From Utricularia gibba (Eukaryota; Plantae; Magnoliophyta): a stretch of 64,000 nucleotides of DNA. The translations under genes were made by a program, and so were the position numbers. The notes beneath the pieces are model-generated. The model had not been told where the DNA came from and did not search any database. It saw only the letters and a list, made by a program, of their open reading frames with translations. Positions 49,470 to 61,645 of the stretch are shown here, in pieces (position 1 is the first letter of the stretch; every line of letters begins with the position of its first letter). The DNA is taken from NCBI GenBank assembly GCA_002189035.1, contig NEEC01000008.1, positions 620,001 through 684,000 of the forward strand, given 5' to 3'.

Positions 49470-52400
49470 TTCCTCTTTGAGGTCAAAATTGAGACTTCGG
49501 TTGAGTTTCAAGAGGATTTTTTCTTAGTTCTAGCAGTTCACAAATTTTCTTGAAATTCTTCGGAAAAAGACACTTGGTGAGAATGTCGGCTGCCTGATCT
49601 TCTGAAGGTATGTATTGCAAAGGTATTATTCCTTCTTTTATGTATTCCCGAAGTACATGATAAGTTACCTTGATCTGCTTGATTTTCCTAAACATGATGG
49701 GGTTTTGGGCTATGCTAATCACTGATTTGTTATCGATCTTTACTATCATTGGTTTTTATATCTGAATCTTCAAGTAATCACAAGTCTTAATAATCCACTG
49801 GGCATGATTTGCTGCTGCAACTCTGGTAATGTATTCGGCTTCGGTGGAAGATTGAACTATTATGTCTTGCTTGCGGTTGTTCCATGCGAATGCGCCTCAT
49901 CCTAAGTTGAACAAATACCCGGTGGTGGATTTGCACTCAAGTTCATCACTTACAAAGTCGGTATCGACAAACCTTAGAGGGCAGGATTAGTACCTTTCTT
50001 ATAATATAAGCCTAGGTTTGAGGTAGTTTTGAGATACTCTAAAATGTGTTTGCTACCTTCATGTGCTGTGTGTGAGGTGTTTGGGTAATCCTGGACAAGT
50101 AGGAGACGACAAAGATGATGTCTGGCCTAGTGGCTATTAGATATTGTAAGACATTGATCAGTTATTGAAATTCAAATTTGTCGCATGTAGAATGATCTCC
50201 TGAGCTTAGTTTGTGTGTATCATCAAGGGGGAATGCTGCTGCAGCAGGTTTAGAGTCTTCCAAATGATACCTTTTAATTATGTTTTTGGTGTACTTCTTT
50301 TGATTCACAAAAATGCAGTCATCTAGTTGATTGATTTCGAGCCCAAAAAAGTATGATTTCAGTCCCAGATCAACTAGGTCAAATCTATTCTTCAGTAGCT
50401 CCTTTTGTTTCTCAATAAGTTCAGTGCTAACGGATATCATCCACATATAGGGAGATGATCACTCTATCTTACGGTTTGTCTAGGAGTATAGGGTTGTATC
50501 ATTCTAACTTCTTGACTAACCTTGTTTAATAAAAAATGAGTATATAGTAAAGTACCATTACTTTGATGCTTGTTTGAGTCCATAGAGTGTCCTTTTTAAT
50601 TTAAGTATCTTGTTTTGCTCATTAGCTATCTCAAAACCCCGTGGAGGTTGTACGTATACATCTTCATATAATTCTCCATTAAGGAATGTGGTCTTAAGGT
50701 CCAAGTAATAGATGTTATAGCGATAGCCAACAGCCAAAGCAAGTAGTAGTTTAATAGTGTCTTGATGGGCAACAGGGGCAAAAGTTTTTAGGTAGTCAAG
50801 GCCAAATCTTTGTAGATATCCCTTCACTACTAGTCTTGATTTCTTTTTGTTCTCAATGCTATGTAGGTTTAATTTGGTTTTATGTATCCATTTGGTTTAG
50901 GGTTTAGGGTGTTTATCCACTACTTCCCAAACATTGTGGTTTTGAATAGATTGTAGTTCACCTTGCATAGATTGGCACCAGAGTGGAGAGTCCATGGCTT
51001 CTTTCAAGGTTGTCGGTTTGGTAGTTAGCATGCTTCTCGCATAGATGTTTGTAATGCTATCATATTTTCTACAGAAGGGAATGTCAACATGTGTGTAGAT
51101 CTTCATAATCGTTGGGGTTAGAGCTTTTATAATGTGGCAAGTATACATCATTGTCATCATGTTGTCCTTGTTATGGTTGTTTAAGTGTTTTGAGTGACTC
51201 TAGAATCTATTTTGCTTTGATGACAGGTGGAGGTTGAGGAGAAGTATTGCACGCCAATTGAGAGTTGTTCTCAGGTAACTCTATATTTGCATCAAGATCT
51301 GCTGGTATTCAATCACATTGTAAACCTGTTGTAGAGTGGTCAGTGTTCTCCGTTTGCTCTTTGGGTGTAAGGGGTACAAGAGAAGTATTGGAACTAATTG
51401 ATTGAGGGAAGACAGATCCAAGTAGAGGGTTTTATGCTGGAGCCTCTTTAGCAGGGTGGGCTGCTGTGATGTTCTTGAGGAGCTCCAACTGTCACAAGTT
51501 GGTTCTCTGTAGTTTTGAACCTCCCAGTAATTCTCAATGAGTCGTTGTCCCTCCTCAATATGTGCGGTACTCATGGGTCTCACCTCTCTACTCGACAAGC
51601 TGCTAGAGTTTGAGCTCTTCAAGTGTGCTATTTCAGGTTTGTCTTCAGGAAAGAGAAGTAGAATGTTTTGAGATGTGGATCCTGCAGGTATCTGGTTTTT
51701 TCCCGATTCCCAGTTCTGGGTCTTTGTCTCATCCACAATAATGTCTCGACTGATTTGGACCTAATCAATTCTCATATTCAATACTCGAAATGCCTTGCTA
51801 GTTTGACAGTACCCCAACAACATTCCTAGGTAAGACTTGTTGTTGAGTTTGGTGCATTTCTCTTTAGGTATGAGGATGTAACAGAGGGACTTGAATACCT
51901 GAAGATGGTCCATGGTAGGTGGCTTTCCAAACCATAGCTCTTATGGGGACTTTCCTTCGGATCTTTTTGATGGCAACCTGTTGAGAAGGTAAATCGCGAT
52001 ATTGACGGTCTCTCCCTAGAAGCAGAGAGGCATGTCCTTTTCTTTTAATAGACAATGAGCCATGTTCATAATAGTCTTATTCTTCTTTTCGCGGATGCCA
52101 TTTTGCTCTAGAGTGTAGGGGCTGTGAATTGATGAACAATTCCGAACGCTTCACAGATATGACACAGATCAATAGAAGAGTATTGACCTCCATTATTAGA
52201 ACGCATGGTGAGTATCTTCCATCCACTTTGGGTTTCAGCTACTGTTTTAAATGTTGAGAAGTAGTGAACTATTTCAAATTTCGCCTTCAGAATATAGTCA
52301 TGTGTACTTCGAGAATTCGTCGAAGAAGATAATATAGTATCGATTGCCAGATCATGTAGGTACCTTCATGAGGCCACAAACGTCGTTGGTGACAACATTT

Positions 52401-54014
52401 AACTTATGCATGGAATGGACATTGTTCTTGGGAAATGGGAGTTTGGTCATCTTGCACTGGTGACAGACTCCATATAGTTCACTTTAACTAGGTAACTCAA
52501 ATATATTTGTTGCTAAGTTTTTATGATGTAAGGTGGTTACAGTTGACATGTGATGATGTCCCAATCGATGATGCCATAGTTTAGACTGCTTAGTGGTTGA
52601 CAAACAGATGTCCGAGGCATCGGAGAAGTTCAAAGTGAATACCGATTTATCATCGATGTAGATAGTATAACTTTTGATTTTGCATCATTGATTGTGCACA
52701 TTTTCCCTTCTAATAGAATGCGAAAGCCCCTATCAATCAGCTGGCTTGCATTGAGGAGGTTGTGCGAAGCACTAGGTACATAGTATACATCAGGTGTTTT
52801 TACTACTTTTTGAGTGGTCTCTATGTGGAATATCCTGAGACCATTGATTGGTATCAATGTTCCATCAGCAGCTTCAATGAACTTTCCAATCAATGTCATG
52901 TAGGTAGAGAATACACTAAGATCGTTGGTGAGATGATGAGAGCAGCCACTATCTAGTAGCCAAATGCCTTTCTTCCACAGATCGGTGAGGGTGGTGATAA
53001 GAGAGTATTGGCGTAGGGTGTACAATATCAATTTTCATCTTATTAAAACCACCAAAAGACGGTTACATCATTTGATTTGTTGACTAATTTGGTAGTTGTA
53101 GCATTTTTTAATGGACACACTCTGTCAATGTAGCCCTTAAGGTTGCAATACTTGTAGGAGGAATCCGGATTCTAGAAGCAGGAGGAGGGCTGATGATTGT
53201 GCTTTTTGCAGAATAGACACACTATCGGATTGCTTGCCAATCAGTTTTTTGGGGTTGTAGAATAGAGTCTATTGAATTGGTACTCAACCTTGACTATCAT
53301 AGGATAAGTGGTGTGGAGTAGTTTTTATCATTCCTGATAAAGCTACTTTCAGATTATCCCCTTATTTAACTTCTTCTTCAAATTCCCCTAGACATTCCAA
53401 TATCTGTTTTGATGAGAGTGTATGTCGATGATGCGAAGAGTAGTGACGACTGGTTCGTAGGAACGGGGCAGGGAGCTGAGGATTTTGGACTTGACCCTTC
53501 TATCGTCCACTGTTTCACCTAGAGTCTACAATTCAATGACGACCCTAGTTAATGTGTCTTAAAATTGCAATATGCTCATACCCAGTGTGTGTTTCAAATT
53601 GTGAAAATGTTCCCATTGTTGCTGAATGTGACTTTCATGGGCTTCGGTGTCTTCCCCATAAAGTTTCTTCAATTTTCACCAAATGTCTCTAGGATCCTTT
53701 ATGTGCATGATTCTTGTGAAGACATCTTCAAATAGTGCTTGGTTCATTGCACACTTGGCTTTCTTGGTTTGTAGATTGATATACTTGTGAGAGTCAGCTG
53801 ACTCTGTGGTGGGTGTGTGCGTACACGTTGGATCTACTACTAGTTAGATATCATTCATTTGAAGGGAGCTTTCCATCCGGGCCGCCCCCTGAGGCATATC
53901 TTTGGCTGTTGAACACTGATGTAGACTGTTGTAAGGTGGTCATAGCTTTTGGTACACAGATGATTAACGGCAAACAATATACTGCAAGGAGGTGCGAGGC
54001 AAAGGGTTGCAGTT

Positions 54015-54030
54015 CATGTTGGGTTCACCA
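54015..54030 (-). other. Primer-binding site of Copia-A, complementary to the tRNA-Trp 3' end
   Basis: Minus strand TGGTGAACCCAACATG. The recalled plant cytosolic tRNA-Trp 3' end (..CACGTCGGGTTCACCA) predicts TGGTGAACCCGACGTG; the two differences are G>A at CpG. Confidence 0.7.
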
Positions 54031-54450
54031 TGTAAGATAATGCTTTGAATGGAAATGGAAAGAGTATCATAGACGTGATATGATATATAACTTTGAGATC
54101 AAAAAATATGCTTGTTATATGAGAGAGACAAAACGGATAGATAATACAAATATCGGGCAGCCATTTTATAGACTGATGGAGAGGGCCGTTGCTCTACTTA
54201 TCGTTGCTCGGTTTTTGTCCTGTTGCGTATTCTGATCATTCAACGACCAAGCTGGTGGGTTGGACTTTAGGATTTATGGAGTTTTGTCCAGTATCCAATA
54301 GGATTGGACCCAGATCTGAAGCACAATGTTTCTCCTTCAACCGAGATTTCCTTCTATGATCGTGCTCCTTGATGTCACTCAACTTGTTCTGTTGATTCAA
54401 CTGTTCCTCCTGTTCGACTGAAGTTTCACTTCCATCCTCACATTCCAACA
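54031..54450 (-). repeat. 5' LTR of Copia-A
   Basis: Minus strand TGTTGGAATG...CTTACA, directly followed by the PBS. Confidence 0.9.
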
Positions 54451-54584
54451 TGGACTACGATGATCTTATTAAAAAACAAGAAGAAATTGTAAAAAGGTTG
54501 AAATTCTTCATTCTTTGTTCACATTTTTTTCATACATTCAATTTGATACAATGAATTTAAAGCAATTTATGATGATTCTTCCAA

Positions 54585-54760
54585 ACAAGATATTTTGCTT
54601 CTCCTCTTTCTTAATCCCATTTACCATTTTTTAAGGTATAGGGTTGCTGGCTCTTCTTGCATGTCCATTACCACTAACTATAGTGCTTCAATTGGGATCA
54701 GAGACATGTTTCATTATACTATAGCTTGTAATAGTGATATGATTTATCATTCCCTCCTCA
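54585..54760 (-). mobile_element. Short Copia pol fragment (protease-proximal), homologous to 62400-62570
   Basis: aaacaagatattttgc.tc.tc.ttt..taatcccattt...taaggtatagggttgctggct..ccactaactatagtgct matches the copy at ~62398-62510. Confidence 0.7.
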
Positions 54761-55662
54761 AGCTGTTGTCTCTCCAGATTTTTAAGCTCTAATTTCCTCG
54801 AGATGCCTTCAAATTGAACCATATTCATCATCCCTTCTTATACTCAACCTCCGCTGAAAACCTTGAGACTGTGAATTGCTTCTATGTCTTCCAAAATACA
54901 AATGCGAATCCATAGAAGACACAATATTGAGTGAGGTATTTTCCAGATAGAGGACAAGTAGCCCAATTTGAATTGGAATATGTCCTCAAAAGTTTTCAAT
55001 CCTGATTCCGAGTAGAAGAGTCCCTGCTGCATATTTCCTTTTAGGAATCTATAAACTTGTATTGTTGTTGCCCAATGCTCTTAGCATGGGTTTTCCATGT
55101 ATTGATTGAATAATTGTATTGAGAATGATAGGTCACGTCTAGAAAACCCTAAGTATAAGAGTTGATCAACAAGTATTCTGTAATTCTTAGGAGAATTGAG
55201 TGGCCTTCTAGGGTTATTAGTGTCCAATTGGCAAAGGTACAATTGGACACTTGTCATTAGACAAGTTTAAGTTTACTAGAATTCTTTCACATAAACACTT
55301 TGACTTAAAAGAATTCTTTTATCTTCTTTATATAAGGATGTAATCCACATAGATGAGGTGGATGGTTATATCTCATTCTAGCTTCTTTAGAAATAGGCAT
55401 GGATTGTGATTACTTTGACTAAAATGAATAGTTTCCAATTTTCAAGTAAGTTTCTTATTCCATTGTCTCGAGGCTTGCTTCAAGTCATAGAGTAATTTCA
55501 AAAATTTATAAACTTTTCCATTTGTTTCATACCCTTTCGGAAGTTACATGTAAATTTCCTCTTTCAATTTTCCATTTAGGACAGCATTGTTCATATTTAC
55601 CTAATGCAAGTGCTAGTTATGTGCAGCTGCGATTGCTAGGACAAGTCTTATAATGGTGAACC

Positions 55663-58600
55663 CTGGGGTTGGCGAATTGGCTTTGTTCCCTCCTCCAAAT
55701 AGATGTGGTGAGTGCATATGGAGGGGCTTATTCCTTTGATATCCGCCAATGTCCACCCAATTGCTTGTTTGTGCTTCTGGAGCACACTCCTGAGTTTTTC
55801 CTCTTGTTCCAGGGTTAGTGTACTAGAGATAATAACAGGTAAAGTCTCATTTTTGTCCAGAAATAAATATTTCAAATGTTTAGGCAGTGTTTTTAACTCT
55901 AGTAATGGGGCATGAATAACGGAAGGAATCAGCAGTTTCTCAGGCATTTCTAAACTCAGAAAAACAACGTTAGAAAATTCAGGTTTTTCAGAAAAATAAT
56001 CAAGATAATTTAAAAGTTCGGAATCAGAAAAAGAAATACGATCAGAATCAAAGTTTTCAGTAAGACATTTGAGTAAGGGATCTTGCTCATGGACCATCGC
56101 TAAGTGTTCTACATTTGCGTCAGATGTAGATATTGAGCAAATCTCGTTAATCTAGTCCGGGTACTGCATGGCTTTGTCCAGGCTGAAGTCCAACACCTGT
56201 CCATCGAACTGTAGGGAAATTGTGCCGGCTTGGACATCAATTTTGGTGCCTACAGTAGCCATAAACGGTCGTCCCAAAATGATGGACTCTGAAATCATGG
56301 GATTTTCACTCTCCATGGGAATAACGAAAAAGTCAGCAGGAAAAATCAAATCTTCAACATGCACAAACACATCATCAACTCTACCATCAGGCTTCACATG
56401 TGATCTATCAGCTAATTGACAAACAACACTAGTAGGCTCAAGTTTACCTAGCTTAGATACAAGAGAAAGATAAAGAGATCTAGGCATAATATTAACCGAT
56501 GCTCCTAAATCACACATGGCAACTGAAATTTTGGTTTCACCAATAGTAACAGGTATGGAAAACATACCTAGATCCTTACACTTTCTTGGAAGCCTTCTCT
56601 GAATAATTGCTGAAATATTTTCAGTCAAGGGAATTACCTCTTCCACTTTTTCCTTCTTCTTGGGGTCACATAAATCCTTCAACATTTTCGCATATTTCAG
56701 CACTTGATCTATCATGTCCAGCAAGGGAATATTCACGTTCACCTTCTTCATCACCTCATCACCTCCATGAATGCTTTCAGTCCACGTTTGTCCTTGCTCT
56801 TCCTTCGAAGTCTCATAGGAAAAGGAGGTGGAATGACTAGAGACTTGGGTTGATCAACTTCTTGTGGCTCCTTCTCCATTACTTCTTTAGGTGGCATTGG
56901 TACAGGAATGTTCTGAGCTGGAGAATCATCAGGATGCTCTAAAATAATCTCCTCATCCACGTCATCATCGTCATCCAAGACTTCTAATTCTTTTTCTTCA
57001 GATATGTCCACCTTAGTCATGAACCATGGGTAAGGTTCCGGTAGATCCTTCCCACTTCTTAAAGATATGGCGTTGATGTGTTCTGGGTTCTTCACTGGTT
57101 GGGATGGCAGTGCACCTTGTGTCTCCAGTCGGTTCATGGCTTGAACCAGTTGGGTAATCTGGGTTTGCATGCTTGTAATTCGTCCATCCATGTCTTTTTG
57201 CGCAGCATGCATTTTAGTGGTGCTTTCGGCAAGGGACTTCACCATGGACTCCAGATTATGATTCGGTTGATAAAGAACAAGAGGTTGATCTGGAACTCTA
57301 GTGATTTGCAAAGGTTGAGACGGAGTAGTGAGAGTTTTCTGAGAAACAGCAGAAGGGTTCCCTAGTGATGGGGCTTGACCAGGAGGCACTGGTTGTCTCC
57401 AGCGGAAACCAGGATGATCTCTTCGCAGCATTTGGTAGTTTCCGTAATTATAACTTCCTCCTTGGTTCTAGTAGAAGGCGTTCACCTCTTCTGTTGGCAC
57501 CTCATGTATCATAGGTCCTGTATCAGAATAATGAGAGGTTGAAGATCCTTGATACCTTCCTTGTTCTTGAGAAGTGATTGGAAGCCAAGCTTCAAAGTAT
57601 CACTCATAGTAGCAAGTTGAGCTAAAACTTCAGAATTATCCACTTCGTGCACTGATTTTATAGGCTGAGAATCTCCTCCAGGGGCTCGGTATGAGTAGTC
57701 ATAACGGCTGGAAGTAGAATAAGAGTTGGCAGCCATTTGTTCTATCAATCTTCGGGCATTAGCACTGTGGCAGTTCTCTAGTAATGACCCATTACAAGCG
57801 GCATCCATTTGTCCTCTGATCATGGGGGTCAGTCCTTCGTAGAAATGTTGTAAAATTTGACCTTCAGTAAGCCCATGCTGTGGATAAGTGTTACAGATCC
57901 GGTTAAATTTGTCATAATACTCCTGGAAATTCTCTCCTTCATTTTGTAGCATGGTAGCTAAAGCTCTTCTTCCCGCGAAGGCTCTTCCTAGGGGCGCATA
58001 TCTATCAAGAAACTTTTGAACCATTTGCTCCCAGGTAGCAATAGAGGATGGTGGTAGTCCATACAGCCACTCCAAGGCTCGCTCAGTGAGACTGAAAGGG
58101 AAGACCCGCAGCTTGACTTGGTTCTCCGTAGCACCTTTTGGGCGCATGGATGCACAAGCCGTGTGCAACTCTCTAAGATGACGATTTGGGTCGTCATTTT
58201 CTCTCCTAGCGAACTTAGGAAGTGTCTGGAACAAATATGGTTGAAGCTCAAAGTCCTCTTCCGCATCAAAGATGATACAAAGTGGTCGGTCAGCATGGCT
58301 GGCGGTGATTTCTTCTTTGATGGTCCTTAGTGTTGGGCCATGATTAGTGATCGGTAGAACTGGAAAAAATTGCGGATGCTGTTGCTCCTGTTCTCCATGC
58401 ATTGTGGGGACTCCAGTAGGTGGTTGAGCATCCATTTCTTTGTTAGGAGATAGATTTGAAGTTAGTTCCCTCTTTTTCGCCAGAAATGTGCGCTCAATCT
58501 CCGGATCTAAAGGGCACAAGATGTCTCGGTATGATCTTAAGCTTCGGTGTCCTTTTGGTGGAGTTGAATGCATAAAAACAGAGAAAAACAGCAGCAAAAC

Positions 58601-59982
58601 GGAAATAAAAGAAAAACAAGAAGAAAGAAAGAAAAGAAAAGAAAAAGAAAAACTATACACAACACTAAACACAAAAATACACAACTCCCCGGCAATGGCG
58701 CCAAAAATTTGTTGCGTGTCGTTTCCTCAACAAATTTTAAATATTTTAAAATGTAAAACACTAGAAAGCGTAGTACGAGTATCGATCTCAGGGAGTTGTT
58801 TTTCGTGAAAAGTGTTTGCAAGCAACTTCTACAAAATGTCACGGTTTTATAAAAGGGGGTTTTTAAGATGCAGAAATGGGCCTTGACTACGGGATGCAGT
58901 TCTTGAGAATAAGACTCCATCTCCTTCCTTTTTCCGTCCTTGCCTCGATTTTCACTGATTTCTTCCGAATAGCTGGTTATAGGAGCAAGGAATAGCCTAC
59001 TCTCCCTTACACTCTGATTGACAAGGAGGCATGGGAATAGCCTCATGTGATTCCCCTTGGACGATTAGGAAGACAAGAGGATTGCCTTCAAAACCGAATT
59101 GTGTGCGTGTGTCCAACTGTTGCCAATGGCCAGTGGCAAGTCCGAGGTCACAACCTGTCCACTGTCGCGGTACCTAGGCCACAAACAATCTGCTACTTCC
59201 CTCGAACCAGCAGGGTTGGAGTTGGTGCTCTTCACCTTGATCAACCAAAATCCGCGAGAATGGCCTACTACTCATGGATCTTGACTAAGAGTCGTTTCAG
59301 AAAGACTGCAACAAGATGCGTGGAAGTATGCGGAATTCGAATTGAATTCAGTGAAGAACCGAGTGTATTGCTCAGGACTTGGAAGGAAACTTCATCTACT
59401 TCCCAGAAACTAAAGGTTTTTAGCCCGAAAGGGCCATGGAAAACAGAAACGAAAGGAAACTAAGTGTTCTTCCTCCTTGAGGGGAGAAAGAACTCAAAAG
59501 TTCTAAGTACAAGAGAAAATGTTCAAAAGTCCTAAACTAAGTGCTCCAAGTGGCTTTTATATGACTTCCCACGTGCATTAACTCCTTTGGGTCCCCTTCC
59601 CATCATTCCTTCTGTCTTGCGTGCGCCAACATAATTTCTTTGCGTGCAAGTTTGCGCCCAATAATTGCTGCAGACTCTGACATGCCGTAAGTCATGGGCC
59701 TTGACCAGTGTCAGTCTTCCACCCACAATCATTCCAACTTGCGTACAAGGCACGAAAAATCAGAGTCTGACCACCTGCAATACTCCTGCAACACTCCTGA
59801 CAGTCTCCTGACATGCCTCGGTCAAAGTGTGAGAAAAAATGCATAAAATATACACAAAATAGAAAAATAGGAATTTTCTAGTAAAAATTAAATACTTAAT
59901 AATAAGACTCATAATTGGGCGACTTAGCACTTAATTAATACATAATAATACCTAAATAATAACTAGAAAATGACACTTAACA
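55663..59982 (-). mobile_element. 3'-truncated Ty3/Gypsy element of the Athila/Tat group
   Basis: LTR 58710-59982 (TGTTAAG...GCAACA); PBS TGGCGCCATTGCCGGGGA (58686-58703, tRNA-Asp type); gag from ATG 58573 with PLDPEIERT and VKLRVFPFSL; protease AMCDLGASVNIMP; RT lead-in LELKTLPKHLKY..GISPSICTHHI..KPIRQPQ, ending abruptly. Confidence 0.9.
58710..59982 (-). repeat. 5' LTR of the Athila-like element (about 1.27 kb)
   Basis: TG...CA ends; PBS just downstream on the minus strand; Copia-B sequence resumes at 59983. Confidence 0.75.
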
Positions 59983-60494
59983 GTAGATTCCTTTTATCCT
60001 ATTTTGATTGCATCAAGAGAGTAGATGTAATCCTGCATCCACTCAGGTTTGGTAATGTGTCTGGTGTTTTGCCTTATTGCTGGTTCATCATAGGTTTGCC
60101 TTATTGCCTTATCTCATGCTTTGTTGGTAAAATTTTAATAAAAATGGGATTATCCACTGTAGTTTCAAGTGGATATTTTGAACCAATGCTCTCCTCTAAT
60201 TGATGCTAGAAAGTTGTGTGATCCAATAGAAGTAGAATTCCATGAGATTCTCCTGCATGGCTGCATACTTTTTATAGGAAAATCTCTTCATACAATATCA
60301 TATTCATGGAAACCAACATACTTTGGGTTGTATATGTAAAAATCTTGAAACCATTCTTATCTCATACATACCCTACAAATACCCATTTTCTTCCTATTGC
60401 AGCAAATTTATCATGACTCTTCAAGGTATCAGTGTAGAAACATAGACATTCAAAGTCTTTTAGTTGAGAAAGATCATCTTGTTTATTAAATAGA

Positions 60495-61645
60495 ATTTCA
60501 GAAATTTTTGTTTCTAAAAAATATTTTATTTTTTTATTTTATCAAAATACCTACAATTGATATTTTTCTTTTGAAAATACCTGTTATTTGAAATTATTGT
60601 TTTAATACTTATTTTCATTTTTATTAAAATATATACTATTATATATATTAAGATAAATTACTCTTAATAATAATAATAATACTAATAATAAAATAGAAAA
60701 AAATTGTAATATAAACTATAATGTCCCTCACGGTGAAATTATTTCCACTTTGAACCCTATCCACTCTCTACATAAAAAATTATTGCATATATGGTAAGAT
60801 TTATGGTCACAATGATATTTACTACAGATTTTTATTCTTAAAATGATAAATCAATAATGTTAAACAATATAATTATTTTTCATTTTTTAAAATGATAGAA
60901 AATAATATTCATTTTAAAAAATAATACTATAACACTAGATAATATTTTTAATTTAGATAAAAAAAAGATTTATTAGTGTAATTCTGATTATGTTTTTATT
61001 CATCGAGTGCCAACAAGACAAAGAATAATGATTTTTCAAAATTTTGTATTTTGAAATGATAAAACTTAATAGGTCATTAAGTATTCAAATGAAAAAACTT
61101 TTAATAAATCAAAATATTATCAAATATAATAACCAATTAATCTAATGTATCATAAATTTTCAAATGTTATAAAAATAAAAAAAATAACTCAAAAATATTA
61201 TAAAATTTTAATTATATTTTAAAATACATTTTTATTAATAAAAAACATATATAAAATATAATTACAATATTTAATAAAATTTATAATTTTTTTGATTAAA
61301 TAGAAAAATAAATTGTTTCACTGCATTTATATGATTCTAGTGACTCTCTGTTCTGTCCCCCTTCTTCCGTGCTCTCATTAAATATAGTTACAATATTTTG
61401 TGGATGAGTGGCTGTTAGTGACGTTAAAGGTGACAAATATTTAAATTTTTTTTTCAATTAAAATCATTCAATTTCTTTTAAAAAACTACATTTTTTATAA
61501 TAACAAATTTATGTAAAAAATAATAAAAATACACGTATTCTAACAAAAAAAATAAGAAAGTACAGAGATTTGAGTGATGATAAAAAATAATAAGTATTTT
61601 AATAAATTTTATTATCTTACACAAATATAATAACAAAACAATCAA
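60495..61645. mobile_element. AT-rich insertion of unknown class splitting the Copia-B integrase/SH3 junction
   Basis: Removing it rejoins ...KTPIEV(M) to LFNKQDDLSQLKDFECL, the expected Copia TPYEVLFxKxPDxSxLxxFGCL motif. No TIR or TSD recognised. Confidence 0.6.

Larger units (their letters stand above)
49013..54450 (-). mobile_element. Full-length but degenerate Ty1/Copia LTR retrotransposon (Copia-A)
   Basis: LTRs at 49013-49469 and 54031-54450; 5-bp flanks gggac/tggac; PPT beside the 3' LTR (49470-49482). Domain order gag, protease WLLDSGCSHHLT, integrase, RT (GLDYLKTFAPVA, YGLKQA), RNaseH (QAADILTK), with many stops and frameshifts. Confidence 0.92.

Noticed and set aside
49225-49470. 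ORF MLECEDGSE.., also at 54236-54451
   Set aside because: Both lie inside the two Copia-A LTRs; they are the same repeat sequence, not a duplicated gene.
53855-53872. TTGAAGGGAGCT, similar to miR159/319
   Set aside because: Partial match inside Copia internal sequence, with no star arm or fold-back.
55654-55663. Second TGGTGAACCC resembling the Trp-type PBS
   Set aside because: It is explained by the Athila/Copia RT deletion junction (RQPQ joined to FTIIRLV) and has no adjacent LTR.
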